The notes: a model not told the origin generated them from the sequence alone. Counted from the first letter of the stretch, positions 26,894-40,882 are shown. The stretch is 64,000 nt of DNA from Eledone cirrhosa (GCA_964016885.1 OZ024752.1:12214001-12278000), one strand, 5' to 3'. Program-made: numbers and translations.

Positions 26894-29388
26894 ATTCATT
26901 AGTTAAGCAAAACAAGACCACAAATTTCACAAGGAAGACATTATTAAAAGAGATTAGAAATTGTGGGTAGTTTATAGTTAAGTGCTAATTTTTAATGTTT
27001 TTAATTGAGAGACAATGTAGGGGAGGTAACTTATAATTATCTAAGTTAGTTATAGCTATTTAACTTATTAGCTACAAGTAAAAATGGGGCTAAATGACTA
27101 TGTTGGGTCAAATATTCTATTGGCGATGTTGACAGCTAATAGTTACCTCCATTTTATCGTTAATCGGTAGAGGTCGGGATAGAGTTATGTAATATGCTTC
27201 GGTAATACAGAGATCACAAGATTTTCTTCGTTCATTGAACGGTTGGACCCTAGCCACGATATCCCATTTTAGTGAGTGTTCAATGTTGCTTAATTTAAAG
27301 TTTTAATGAGCCTAGCTAGAGATCTCGAACATCTGTTGCTAGGGTCTCGGAAGGAAAAAGAGTGCGCGTTATAGCGTACCTTAAAAGTGTTAGAGGTAGA
27401 CCCGATATAAGAGCTGGTATTCGAAGCAGTTTTAGCCGTGCACCTATAGACTATGTTGGGTGTCAGGCAGTGTCCATTTAATGGGCATGCATTAGGGTAA
27501 CGGCAGTTGCAGTTGCTTCTGCGATTAGTGAGAGTAGGGTAGTTTAACCTAAGCGGTTGGTCAGTGCTAGAAGGATTAGATGGGCGAGGTGTGCTACTAG
27601 AGTAATTATTGGTGTAGTGGCGTGGTGTATTTGATAGAGGTAGTGGTACCGCGGTGTGGGAGTTATACTGTCTTAGTTTATGATGGTTACTGAATGCGAT
27701 GTGGCTAGCTAGGTTAGGTGTTGTGGAGAATGAGATTTTAATGTTATTTTTATTAAAGAGTTTGTAATATCTATGGTTGGGGGGGGGGTGTTTAGATAGG
27801 ATAGAGAAGAAGCGTTTAGGGATATTAGTGGCTAGATTAGATGAGAATGGGGGGGGGGGGGGTTAAGCCAGGTGATATTTCTAGGTCTATTCCTTCTAGG
27901 GGTTCTAGTGGAGTTGGTAGGGGCCTTCCTAGGGTTATTATTACCTGGGGATTTGTTATTTGTCATCCCATTTTTCATTCCTATTCTAGGGTTGATTTTT
28001 AGTTTGCTACTTGGAGTGGGGAGCAGGCCGCTGCCACCATTAAACTTCCCTGTATAGGTGCTGTTACTGCTAAAATTCCGGCGAATCTGGCTATATGCTA
28101 AGGTATTTCTAGTTCTAGTGTTAAGTTTATTATGGTGAATTGCTGTGTTATGGCATTTAGGTATGTAGTAAATTGATTGTTCATAACCAGATTCAGAAAG
28201 AGCCTTATCATAATATTGTGCATGGTTTATAAATATCTCCTCATTTGCTGATAGCATGGAGATCCTATTCGAGATAGATTTAATTACTGCTCTGATGACT
28301 GCCGGTGGGTGGTTAGAGTGTGGGCTAATATATGTGAGTATTTCACCTGGTTTATGGAAAGGATAATATAGGTTATTGTTGAGATCCAGGTTGACGTCTA
28401 GGAAGTTTACTAATTTATGGTTCGGCTCGATGGTGATAGAGAGGCCGTTATTTTTAAAGAATCTATGTAATTGTTTTTTTAGCAAATCAATGCCCCGATT
28501 AGTGCAATTGTGGACTGCAAATAGGGCGTCGTCCCTGTATATTCCGCCTTGCAAGGGTTGGATTTCGGCTCTGATGTTATGTAATAGGTAAATTCCAACT
28601 AAATCGGTGATTTGCGCAGAGTCACTTGAGCCCATCGTGATGTCAAAGTTGTCTGTTCTATCTTTTCTAGTCCAGAGTGCTCCGTTGAATTCAATGATAG
28701 TCTGCCTAGCCATAAGTATGATGTTAATCTCATTATTGGTTATGTCCGAGTTGGTGCTGGCTAGGGTTAATGCTTTGTTGAGCAGTTCCGGGGTTATTGA
28801 AGCGTAATAGCTGTCGATGTCAAATTGGATGAACCTCATAGATTGCTTGGACCTTAGATCGGAGAACCATCTAATGACTTGGTCGGTGTTGGACCACAAC
28901 TTGTAGATGATATCATCCCGTAGCCCAGGGATTATCCTATCAAGGATGTTCTTACTGATACGACCCAGGTCGGATGTGGTTGGGCTTATAAGTCTAATAG
29001 ATGGGTTCTCTATAAAGTTTGGCTTATGATCCTTGAGAGAGAACCTTGTTGGTACATAAGGGTGGGTAAATCTATCCAGATGCAAGTCCTTAACCAAAGC
29101 CTGGGCTTTTCGGTTAAGTACGTTTACACTGGAGGGTATAGTTTTTTTTATAGTTTTTATTAAGTTCCTTAAGAAGGAAAGAGTTGTAAGTTTCAGGAGT
29201 CATGGTGTATAGATTTTTAGTTTTGTCAGACATAACATGTAAGAGTTGGCTATCTTTACTTGTAGCTAATAAGTTAAATAGCTATAACTAACTTAGATAA
29301 TTATAAGTTACCTCCCCTACATTGTCTCTCAATTAAAAAATTTAAAAATTAGCACTTAACTATAAACTACCCACAATTTCTAATCTCT
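26894..29388 (-). mobile_element. Penelope-like retroelement, 5'-truncated: RT (ORF 27832-29097) plus GIY-YIG (~27120-27520), with an inverted copy of its 3' UTR at the 5' end
   Basis: DKTKNLY, FIQFDIDSYY, TMGS, YRDD, VNFLDV, SNHPP; downstream CNCR..CPL.G.C...NIVY..YIGST..FKVRYNAH..SF and CDLCITE; 26950-27082 inverted at 29255-29388. Confidence 0.93.
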
Positions 29389-30488
29389 CGAGGAGTTACT
29401 TCCCCTGAAACCACCCTCTAATTAGTAAGGTAAATATGTCCTTTGGCAGCCATCTTGTTACCCATAGGCAGATCTCACACAATGCAGCCTCGACAGATGA
29501 ATACTGCTTGATTATGGCTGACAACTGATACAACCAGGACACCATAGTGAAATACCAATATATGGAACATTACATTATGTAACATTCTCTCCTTATTTTA
29601 ATTTATATTCCTTTGAAGTTCCGATGCGCCGCTCTGTTTTTAAATATGTTAATTATTTTCAACTGAACCAGATCAATAATGATATATAGACATCTGATCC
29701 AGAAATATTATGGAGTAGCGAAACAATTGTAAACGGACATTATAATTATTATGGCAGTATCGGTAGGGGGTCAGACGCCATGCTTTCCAGCATAGTTACG
29801 TCCCTTTACGATCTGAGTTCAAATCCCGCCGAGGTTGACTTTGCCTTTCATCCTTACGGGGTCGATAAAATAAAGTACCAGTAATGCACTGGGTAATTTG
29901 CTGGCCTTGTGCCTAAAGTAGAAACAATTATTATTAATATTATTATTATTATTCTCTACATTCCTTACATCAAACTAAAATATGTTGACAATCTTTTAAT
30001 AATGTCTTCCTTGTGAAATTTGTGGTCTTGTTTTGCTTAACTAATGAATCTTTCCAGCTCTGCGCGCCTAACTTCTGCATGAACCCAGCCACCTAGCTGC
30101 TTTCTACTGCATGTTGCACATTGAGCACATGCCTTTACGCTTTGGCTTCTAACTAATTCACCAATCTCTCCTCTCCTATCTCCTCTCCTATCTCCATCTC
30201 TCTCTTTAAGATTGGTTACTCTTGAACTGTGTGACGTATTATCTTCGTTTTTTCCGTTCATTGCCAGAGAACGTCTCTATGAACCACCTAAGAGAACATT
30301 AGTCTACGACTTCTTTTATACCATAGTGTAATTGTTTTTCACCGCTCCTATTAATGACGTATTATATTCGTTTTTTCCCGTTCTTTGCCAGGGAACGTTT
30401 CCACGAACCAAAGTATCATCTTCCTGTCTTCCTCCGGTTGCAACGTTTTTTTAAATATCCACTTCTGCGTTTACAGATTGACTTTGTT

Positions 30489-30539
30489 AGTTTCAGAAGA
30501 TCCCGTTAAGGGTGAAAGCAGCGATTCTTTGCTTAAACT
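30489..30539 (+). ncRNA. Hammerhead-like motif with U4A core (CAGAAGA); related copy at ~12349-12385
   Basis: agttt-CAGAAGA-tcccgttaagggt-GAAAGCA-gcgattctt-TGCTT-aaact. Confidence 0.5.
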
Positions 30540-30646
30540 TTAATCTGTTATTTTAATAAATATTTGCTCTACGGTTCTTATATATTTGATATATATTTAT
30601 CCTTATCGAGCCCTCTTTGGATTTTAGTCTTCAAATTTATTATTAT

Positions 30647-30691
<45 letters not shown>

Positions 30692-30716
30692 TATATAAAC
30701 ACACACATACATACAT

Positions 30717-30749
<33 letters not shown>

Positions 30750-30828
30750 CATACACACATACACATACATACAAATACACATTTACATACACACACATAC
30801 ATACGTATACATACACATATATATATAT

Positions 30829-30895
<67 letters not shown>

Positions 30896-31060
30896 CATAT
30901 ATATATATACATACATATACATATATACACATACATACACACACACATATATATATATATACACATATATATATACATACATATATACATATATACATAT
31001 ACACATACACACATACACACATACACACATATACACATATATATATACATATATATATAT

Positions 31061-31129
<69 letters not shown>

Positions 31130-31453
31130 TATATATATATAAGTATTGAAGTTTCCGTTTAAAATTGAAAACGTCATAGGAGTGAAGTATATATATATAT
31201 ATATACATATGGGAAAGTAAAAAATCGGAGAATAGACCGTTAAAACATGTTTATTTAAAACAGCACCTACGTACGTTTCGCCCAGTTGGGCTTCTCAATG
31301 GCATAAATAATCACAAGTGTTCCTTATATTGCTCTTTCTCTATACGTATATATATACATATATACACATACACAAATATATATATATACATACACATACA
31401 TATATATATATATATATACATACACATACATATATATATATATACAAACACAC

Positions 31454-31485
<32 letters not shown>

Positions 31486-31796
31486 GAACATACACAAACA
31501 TGCCCAAATGCAGGTACATGTGAACGCACCTACACACAGCGATGTGCATACAAACGAACGGCCACTCATACAAATACATACAAACATGTACTCATAAATA
31601 TACACCTATACACAGGCACATAAAAACAGCTCTAATTTGCATATCGAGTGAGTTCAGTCGGCCGGGCACACCGAAAACGATAAATGGAATAGAATGAAAC
31701 AAAATTTCATTACTCACTCTTAGTAGGGCACTTACTTAAATGTAAGTATGTATGTATGTATACGTACATACATATATGTATACAGACGTACAGTAG

Positions 31797-31835
<39 letters not shown>

Positions 31836-31987
31836 GCACACATATATATATGCACGTATCGGTTTACCGAACATTTATTATAATGCTCGGTTTGTTTGTT
31901 TGTAAACAAACAAACAGCCCGAATTACGCCGCACAATGCTCAGGCAACCACGTCACCTTTTTGTTCAACACTGACACAAGAACGATG

Positions 31988-32014
<27 letters not shown>

Positions 32015-32022
<8 letters not shown>

Positions 32023-32914
32023 TACATGCTGAAGTACTTAATATTGTTGAGAGAGATGTACATGCTGAAGTACTTAATATTGTTGAGAGAGATGTACACG
32101 CTGAAGTACTTAATATTGTTGAGAGAGATGTACATGCTGAAGTACTTAATATTGTTGAGAGAGATGTACACGCTGAAGTACTTAATATTGTTGAGAGAGA
32201 TGTACACGCTGAAGTACTTAATATTGTTGAGAGAGATGTACATGCTGAAGTACTTAATATTGTTGAGAGAGATGTACATGCTGAAGTACTTAATATTGTT
32301 GAGAGAGATGTACATGCTGACGTACTTAATATTGTTGAGAGAGATGTACACGCTGAAGTACTTAATATTGTTGAGAGAGATGTACATGCTGAAGTACTTA
32401 ATATTGTTGAGAGAGATGTACACGCTGAAGTACTTAATAGTGTTGAGAGAGATGTACATGCTGAAGTACTTAATATTGTTGAGAGAGATGTACATGCTGA
32501 AGTACTTAATAGTGTTGAGAGAGATGTACATGCTGAAGTACTTAATAGTGTTGAGAGAGATGTACACGCTGAAGTACTTAATATTGTTGAGAGAGATGTA
32601 CATGCTGAAGTACTTAATATTGTTGAGAGAGATGTACACGCTGAAGTACTTAATAGTGTTGAGAGAGATGTACATGCTGAAGTACTTAATATTGTTGAGA
32701 GAGATGTACATGCTGAAGTACTTAATAGTGTTGAGAGAGATGTACATGCTGAAGTACTTAATAGTGTTGAGAGAGATGTACATGCTGAAGTACTTAATAT
32801 TGTTGAGAGAGATGTACACGCTGAAGTACTTAATATTGTTGAGAGAGATGTACATGCTGAAGTACTTAATAGTGTTAAGAGAGATGTACACGCTGAAGTA
32901 CTTAATATTGTTGA
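32015..32914. repeat. 36-bp minisatellite, ~25 copies
   Basis: Unit gagagatgtacaYgctgaagtacttaataKtgttga. Confidence 0.97.
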
Positions 32915-32951
32915 GACTAAAGAATGATGAAAATTTAAATAAAACACTTAC

Positions 32952-33077
32952 TGCCCAACGTTTGGGATCCCAGTCAACAAAACAACCCCTGAATTTGAAG
33001 GGCTCTGCTCCTTGCTTTACTTGAACAATCAGTGTGGTATCGACAGTTCTACCAGATGGATCTGTTTTAATGTAATC
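32952..33077 (-). CDS. VIL1: villin-like exon 13 (G6 end): DYIKTDPSGRTVDTTLIVQVKQGAEPFKFRGCFVDWDPKRWA
   Basis: ctgaag|GAT acceptor, GCA|gtaagt donor, 126 nt; YI.TDPS.R..VKQG.EP..F.G.F..WD motif. Confidence 0.95.
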
Positions 33078-34881
33078 CTTCAGAGACAAATTATTATTAT
33101 TATTAGTAATATTATAATTCGGCCGTTGTGGCCAATAAATAAATGAAACCATTATTAGTGTTATAATTAGTATTTTGATTGGCAATATTGTTAGAGTATT
33201 GGACAACAGGCTTTACCGTTCATCCTTACAGGGTTGCTAAAATAAAGTACCAGTGATGCACTGGGGTCAATTTAATTGACTTTCCCCTCTCCCCGAATTG
33301 CTGACCTTGTGTTTATAGTAGTGTTTTAAATGTTTATTTTCTTAGTCTCTTTTTAAAATTTATTTTACACAAAGAAAACCCCACACTGTATCGTCCTGTA
33401 CCGTCTTTAATGTTTCCTTAATGTGAGCCCTGTGTGGCTAATAAAGAAATCATTATTATTAAGGGCCGGTAGATTGGAAATATCAGTAGAGTGACGGGCA
33501 GTATAGAGTTACGACGCTTTACGTTCTGAATTCAAATCCTGCCGAGGTTAACTTTGCCTTTCATCCTTACGGAGTCAATCAAATAAAGTACCAGTCATGC
33601 ACTGAGGTCAATTTCATCAACTTTCCCTTCTGCTCACACAATTGTTGGCCTGGTGCCTAAATCAGAAACCATTAAAGCGTAGTGGATACCCTACTTTGCA
33701 GCATCGAGTTACTACCCTTTACGTTCTGTGTTCCAATCCTGCTGAGATTAACATATATAGTCTAAGATAATTAAACCAACTATACGAAAATGTGTAGGTT
33801 TCTACCTAAGTTAAGAAACCATTGTTTTCAATATTGGCTCTCAGTCCTACATTTTGGATGTATTATAGTCCATTTAAACCAGCCATATCTGGCCAGAATT
33901 CTCTCACTTCTTTCTGTTCAAACCAGCTGTAACTGGTCACTCATACTGATAAGGTATTGTTCTCAAAATAAACAATATCAAAATCTCATAGATTTAATAT
34001 TATGTGAGATAAAGGCTTCACCATGAAAATACAATAGTAAATATAATGTAAATGCTAAGGGGTTAATTGTTCAAAGTATTTAACTTGTGTGGAGGCATGT
34101 GGTCTAGTGGTAAGGGTGTTGGACTTATGATCATAATGTCATGGGTTCAATTTCTGAGCTGATTTGTGTGTTGTGTTCTTGAGCAAAACACTTGATTTCA
34201 TGTAGCTCCAATATATTCAGCTGAAAATGAGTACCAGTTATACCTGGGGGTTTAACCTTGCGATGGAATGATGTCATGTCCAGGGAGGAGTCTTGTACTC
34301 TCAATCGATTCGCGCCATGGAAACCAGGATAAGCACCGGCCCAACAAGCTTCTTGGCATGAGACTGAAGAATTTAGGGTAAACATGACTATAGCAGATTT
34401 TAATTTCAAAATGTAAAAAGATGTAATTTTAACTACTGTTAGGCGAGAGAAGTAAGCATCGCAGCATTGCACATTAGTCATGTATCTTCGACTAAAACCT
34501 AGCATCGTCAAGAGCTTAAGAAGTAGAATTTCCCAACATCAACATATGAATCTCTTGTTGGTGAATTTTGATTGATAGATAATTCTTAATAATAAACAGG
34601 AAGATTGTAACAAAAAAAAAAAGAGAGACAGAGAAAATGTGGAGAAAAAAATGTAATGGGGGATGGGCAAACACTACACCCTTGGCTGGGTGGTACATCT
34701 CAGCTGTACCCTGCAGATAAAATGGGGAAAGTATTGCCATCAAGAGCAGTCAGTACAGTAAAACCTACAGATTCAGGCATACCACCTCACAGGGCTCTTC
34801 CTGAGGCAGGATGCACTCCTTATATTTTCTTAATACATTTATCAACATAGAAGTGAAATATAAATATTCTATACTACCAAC

Positions 34882-34947
34882 CATGGCTGTGTCCAAAGAT
34901 TCACACTTTTCTTCTTCATTTGCTCCTTTACCAATCCAGACGTATAT
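34882..34947 (-). CDS. VIL1: villin-like exon 12: IYVWIGKGANEEEKCESLDTAM
   Basis: tttcag|ATA acceptor, ATG|gttggt donor, 66 nt; VWIG..A..EEK motif. Confidence 0.94.
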
Positions 34948-36013
34948 CTGAAAGGATAAAATTGATAACCATAAAATTATCATCAATATCATCATCAGCA
35001 GCAGCATGATCTTTGTCTCTGTCGCCACCATCACCTTCATCACTGTCATCACTGTCATCATCATCATTAGTTAACGTCTATTTCTCATGCTTGCATAGAT
35101 TAGATAAGTTGTCACATTATGTGGCTGGAACGGTCAGGTGACCATATCTTTACAGCAGGTATTGGGAGCATTTTATCATGGCACTGTCGCAACCTCATTA
35201 TAGGGTTGATTGTATTATTTTTCTCATCACACCAGTACGACCAACTTTTGTTATGGACTGGGTGCTTTTTTTCATTGAAATACCAGCACAATTGCCTTAC
35301 AAGGGTGAACTGGGTATTTTTTGTCATGGCACCAGTAGAACCATCTGACAGGGCAAGCAGGGTGATTTTTTGCTGACAGCAGCAATACTACTGTACAGTG
35401 TGGACTGGATTGGGTATTTTTGACGGAGCGCCAGCATTGTGGGAGAGTACTTGGAAAGCATATCTGGCTTTACATGTATGCATGGATTGGATAGGAAAGG
35501 TGTTTCAAGGGTTTGGAGGCAAGAGCACATTCACATAGTCGATATCTAGTTTCCCCATGCCTACCTGAGCCAGGTGGGCTGTCACACTCTGTGACTAGGT
35601 AGGGCAGGAGACCATGTCTTGTTCATACATTCCATTCTTGTTTTGGCTTGGTCTTCTTGCCTAGATGAACTTCGTTGTCCCAACCAAGCATTTTGTCATC
35701 ATACAAAATCGGGTGTGTACAGCCTTTAATGTTAGCATGGGATGGCTGGCGGAGCATCCATCTTTGTATATTTGTATGGATTGGGCTGGGCTAAAAGGAG
35801 TGAAGAGATTAGCTGTGTTCTGACCTGGAGAGGGGTGGGCTATACTTGGTTTAAAATGGCCATGACTTATGTATGTCAGGAACTGTTCTAAAACTGTTTT
35901 GGAACTCTTCTGGAATATCGTGTCATAATATCAGCTGGAGACAAATTATTTAGTCTAGATTGCCACATTACAATTATTGCAAATAGTATGGGTGTAGGTA
36001 GAGAAATACTGAC

Positions 36014-36058
36014 CTCCTTAAATGTGTCCAAAATCATAACATCATCGTCATAAAGATC
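36014..36058 (-). CDS. VIL1: villin-like exon 11 (45 nt, G6): DLYDDDVMILDTFKE
   Basis: tttcag|GAT acceptor, GAG|gtcagt donor; DL..DDVM.LD motif. Confidence 0.94.
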
Positions 36059-36192
36059 CTGAAATTTACAATAGTTATATTAATAAAGTGAAGGTGCGTG
36101 GCTTAGTTGTTAGAGAATTGGCTTCACAATTGTGAGGTTGTGCGTTCGATTCTCATGTCGGGCAATGCGGTATGTCTTTGAGCAAGACACTT

Positions 36193-36440
36193 AATGATAA
36201 TGAAATTATTGTGTACAGTGCTCAGGTGCACTACAACTTGTCAAAGGTGCATGTATAGTACGTAGAATTATGTACAAATGTCAGGAAAGTGAACAGTGTA
36301 TGAGTCATGATATACATGCGTGCGTGTGTATGGAGGGGGGATATCAGGTATAGTGTTGGCGAATTTCAGGAAGCATGGAAGTGTTAAAGGATGCAATGTC
36401 TCGACAGCTAACAACTGATGCAGGTAGTTTGTTCCATGTG
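36193..36440 (-). mobile_element. CR1-type LINE 3' end fragment
   Basis: Reverse frame WNKLPASVVSC, followed by UTR and short (TTA/TCA) tail. Confidence 0.6.
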
Positions 36441-37513
36441 GAAACATTGTTTCGATGATCCGATTAGACAAGTTCCACCCCACTCGGTAAGGGAGTGAGA
36501 TCTGGTATCTTGTTGATTGATTCGATCAATTTAATAAAAACTGCAATTGAAATTAGTTTCACACTTAGGCATCCTGCATCTCATAAAACCACATTCACAA
36601 GTCATTCTTTGAAAGTATAAAACAGTATCGTGACTATTTCTTGTTAAAAATGAACGTTTTTACTATAATTTTGCAAATTTTCATATCAATCCGTCCATTA
36701 TAACAAAATTTATAACATTTGAACAAAAAAAAAAAAATTGTTTTTATATACTTTCTACTAAATATTCGTAAAACCACATTAGCAAGACATTCTTGAAAAC
36801 TACAAAACAGCTTTATGACTTTTTTGTTTGTTGCACTTGTACCAGGCCCATTGTGCTCTTGTGGCTAATAAAAAATATTATTTGGCAGAGTACTGGACAA
36901 AATGACTTGTAGTATTTTTTAAAGCTCCTTATGTTCTGAGTTCAAATCCCACCAAGTTTTACTTTGCCTTGCATCCTTCTGATGTCAATAAAATAAGATA
37001 CCAGTCAAATACTGGTGTGTTGATATAATCAATGTTCCTCACCCCCAAAATTACTGACATGTACTACAATGATAGCACAAATAGTAGCAACTATAATAAT
37101 TGCTTCTACTTTTGGCACAAGGCCAGCAATTACCCTAGTGGATTACTGGTACTTTATTTTACTGACCCGATAATAATTGTTTCTACTTTTGGCTCATGGC
37201 CAGCAATTACGCCAGTGTATTACTGGTACTTTATTTTACTGACCCCGTAATAATTGTTTCTTCTTTTGGCTCAAGGCCAGCAATTACCCCAGTGTATTAC
37301 TGGTACTTTATTTTATCGACCACCCTGTAAAGATGAAAGACAAAGCTAACTTCAGCGGGATTTGAACTCAGAACGTAAAGGGCCATAACTCTATGCTGCA
37401 AAGCATGGCATCTAACGCCCTACTGTTGCCCTTTAGCAACAATATTAACAATACATTTGCAGCAAATGCAGCAGAAATATTCAGTATCAATATAATTGAA
37501 AAAAGACTTGTTT

Positions 37514-38090
37514 AACATTTACATTACTCTATATTTACTATTGTATTTTCACAGTAAAGGCTTTACCTCACATAATATCTCACATAACATTTACATTACT
37601 CTATATATACTATTGTATTTTCACAGAGAAGGCTTTACCTCACATAATATCTCACATAACATTTACATTACTCTATATATACTATTGTATTTTCACAGTA
37701 AAGGCTTTACCTCACATAATATCTCACATAACATTTACATTACTCTATATATACTATTGTATTTTCACAGAGAAGGCTTTACCTCACATAATATCTCACA
37801 TAACATTTACATTACTCTATATATACTATTGTATTTTCACAGTAAAGGCTTTACCTCACATAATATCTCACATAATATTTACATTACTCTATATATACTA
37901 TTGTATTTTCACAGTAAAGGCTTTACCTCACATAATATCTCACATAACATTTACATTACTCTATATATACTATTGTAGTTTCACAGTAAAGGCTTTACCT
38001 CACATAATATCTCACATAACATTTACATTACTCTATATTTACTATTGTATTTTCACAGTAAAGGCTTTACCTCACATAATTATCTCACAA
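37514..38090 (+). repeat. 72-bp tandem array (8 copies) amplified from the sub-terminal part of a TTAA MITE
   Basis: Unit aacatttacattactctatatatactattgtattttcacagtaaaggctttacctcacataatatctcacat; period 72. Confidence 0.95.
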
Positions 38091-38770
38091 AATATCGAAT
38101 CTATGAGAATTTGATATTATTTATTTTGAGAACAATACCTCAACATCAGTATGAGCAGCCAGATACAGCTGGTTTCAACAGAAAGAGGTGAGACAATTCT
38201 GAGTGGATATGGCCAGTTTAAATGCGAAAGGGTTAAATGGAAAGTTTTGTATCAATGTAAGAATTTAGTGATATCTCCTTATAATATATAACCAACAATT
38301 TCTCTGTCTGTCTGTCCGACAGTGGAAACACGTGCGCGCGTGCGAATGTTTTTTGTGCACGCGTAGAGAGAGAGTGAGAGTGAAAGAAAGAGACAGACTA
38401 CGAGAGGAGGATAGCGGGAGGGAGAGAGAGTGAATAGACGCTAAAACACGTGCGCGCGTGCGAATGTTTTTTGCGCACACGTAGAGAGAGAGTGAGAGTG
38501 AAAGAAAGAGACAGACTACAAGAGGGGGATAGCAGGAGGGAGGGAGGGGGGAATTGAGGAGTGCTACAGAAACATATATACATTTCTGTGTGTGTGTAAT
38601 ATATATATATATACGCACACAGATATATATATATATACACACAGAAATATATATACATTTCTGTGTGTGTAATATATATATATATACACACAGAAATATA
38701 TATATATTTCTCTGTGTGTAATATATATATATACTAGCAGAAAACCACCCCGTGGGTGGTTTTCTGCTAG

Positions 38771-39248
38771 TCTATATATATAAAACTGAGGATGTCTGTC
38801 TGTGTGTGTGTCTGTGAGTTTGAATCCCTAAAACTCGAGAAGTACCCAACGGATTTTTTTCAAACTTTACATGTGTATTACTTATATTTCAGGGAGTGTT
38901 ATGCAACTTTTTGATCCCCTAGGGCCCGCATTAGGTGAAAAACTTCATTTTTTCAGCTTTTTAGGGCTTTTTTGAGGTGTTACGTCTAGCCAATTTTCCT
39001 GAAATTTCAAGGCATATTATGCACATAAAAAAAATTCATTTTCTTGATCCCCTAGGGCCCGCATTAGGTGAAAACCTGCATTTTTCCTGCTTCATCGAGG
39101 AAAATCTTAAAGATTATCCAGCCATCAGAGTATTCAGTTTATTTTCTTTACATATTGTCCAGGCATGCAGTTTTTCCACAATTAGGTCTGTTGGCGGCCA
39201 CCCTTCCAAAATACCTTATCCCGTGCAACGCCGGGTACCACTGCTAAT
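38771..39248 (+). mobile_element. Non-autonomous Helitron-like element
   Basis: 5' TCTATATATATAAAACT..(tgtc)n; 3' hairpin cccgtgcaacgccggg followed by taccactgCTAAt (CTAG variant). Confidence 0.7.
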
Positions 39249-39279
39249 ATACAATATATTTACTAATATATTTACTAAC

Positions 39280-39372
39280 CTCTTGACTGAAATTGGCAAT
39301 TTCCTCAACTTTGTAATATCCTGAAGCATTTGAACAGTGGAACAATCGCGGTGGCATTTCTATTCCATTTGC
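39280..39372 (-). CDS. VIL1: villin-like exon 10 (G6 start): ANGIEMPPRLFHCSNASGYYKVEEIANFSQE
   Basis: ttatag|GCA acceptor, GAG|gttagt donor, 93 nt; PPRLF.CSN motif. Confidence 0.95.
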
Positions 39373-40788
39373 CTATAAGTAAATAAATAGATAAGGCATC
39401 ACCATCATCATCATCACCATCACCATTACCACCATCATCATCACCATCATAACCATCACGATCATCATCATCATCACCATCACCATCAGCATCACCATCA
39501 TCACCATCATCACCATCATCATCACCATCACCATCAGCATCACCATCATCACCATCATCACCATCACCATCACCATCACCATCATCACCATCACCATCAC
39601 TATCACCATCACCATCATCATCACCATCATCATCACCATCATCACCACCATCATCACCATCATCACCATCATCATCACCACCATCATCATCATCACCACC
39701 ATCACCACCATCACCACCATCATCACCATCATCACCACCATCACCACCATCATTATCATCATCATCTATCTGATCTGCACGAGACAAACCTATCCAACCC
39801 ATGCCAGAATGGAAAACTGATGTTTTATTAACAGGGTGGTGGGTTGGCAGTATTGGTAGAGCGTCAGGCACCATGCATTGCAGCATAGTGTTATGTCCCT
39901 TTACATTCTGAGTTCAAATCCCACTGAAGTTAGCTTTGCCCTTTATCCTTATGGGGGTCGATAAAATAAAGTACCAGTAATGCACTGGGGTCAATTTAAT
40001 TGATTTTCCCCCTCATCCAAAATTGCTGGCCTTGTACTTATAGTAGAAATCATTATTATTAATACTTTATCGTGCAGGGTAGATAGAAAATGCACTGGAA
40101 TATTTAGTCATCCATCAAACTACAAGGAACTCAGACAGATACTTTCCTTAAAATATGCTCAGCACCTAGCAAGGTTGATTTTCTATGACACCAATCTTGC
40201 ATGGTATCATGGGTTGGAGGAGTTGTCCCATTGTGAGATGAATCAGATTATGTGACCATGTCTTGCTCATACAAAACTGTTTCTAGATTGGTGTTTATGG
40301 ACAGATGCTCTTCCTAATGCCCTTCCATATATGTAGATATCTAGAGCGGGGAAAGTTCCCAAGTAGTGTAGATAGGGGTTCTGACCCTAGTACTGTTAAA
40401 TGCACTCTCCACGGTTATTTTCAATGGCTAATAATGCCTTACCGGCGCCACTAGAGAAAGGTAATTATTTAACCCATAAATGGGGCCCTAACAGGTACTA
40501 CTACTCTGAGCCAGAGCAGACCTGGGAGTGATAACAACTAAGGGGTAACTCCACATTCCCCACAGCTCTTGAACTCCTGAACTGGATGCAGTTTAATGTC
40601 ATACCCAGGACATTATGTAGATATAAACATGATAATATGTTTTGTTTCCCAATTCAATAAATCTGGACATTTTGGATTCATCATCATCATCTCCATATAA
40701 CATCCATTTTTCCATGCTGGCATAAGTTGTCTACAGAAATGTGTATTATGTGGTTGATGATTGAATAAAAAAATATTTAAACATGTAC

Positions 40789-40882
40789 CTGAGAAACTAT
40801 TTCTGTAGCATAATTCTCTTTTCCACCTAAAATTTCCCAAAACATGTCCGGTTCTTTGCTTTCAAGGATTATGACTGGATCA
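40789..40882 (-). CDS. VIL1: villin-like exon 9: DPVIILESKEPDMFWEILGGKENYATEIVSQ
   Basis: ttctag|T completes the phase-2 codon; CAG|gtacat donor; E..EP..FW..LGGK..Y motif. Confidence 0.94.

Noticed and set aside
32015-32914. 36-bp repeat array resembling CRISPR repeat length (also the 40-bp array at 58321-59120 and 31-bp array at 47700-48155)
   Set aside because: Head-to-tail units with no unique spacers, no cas genes, eukaryotic intron context
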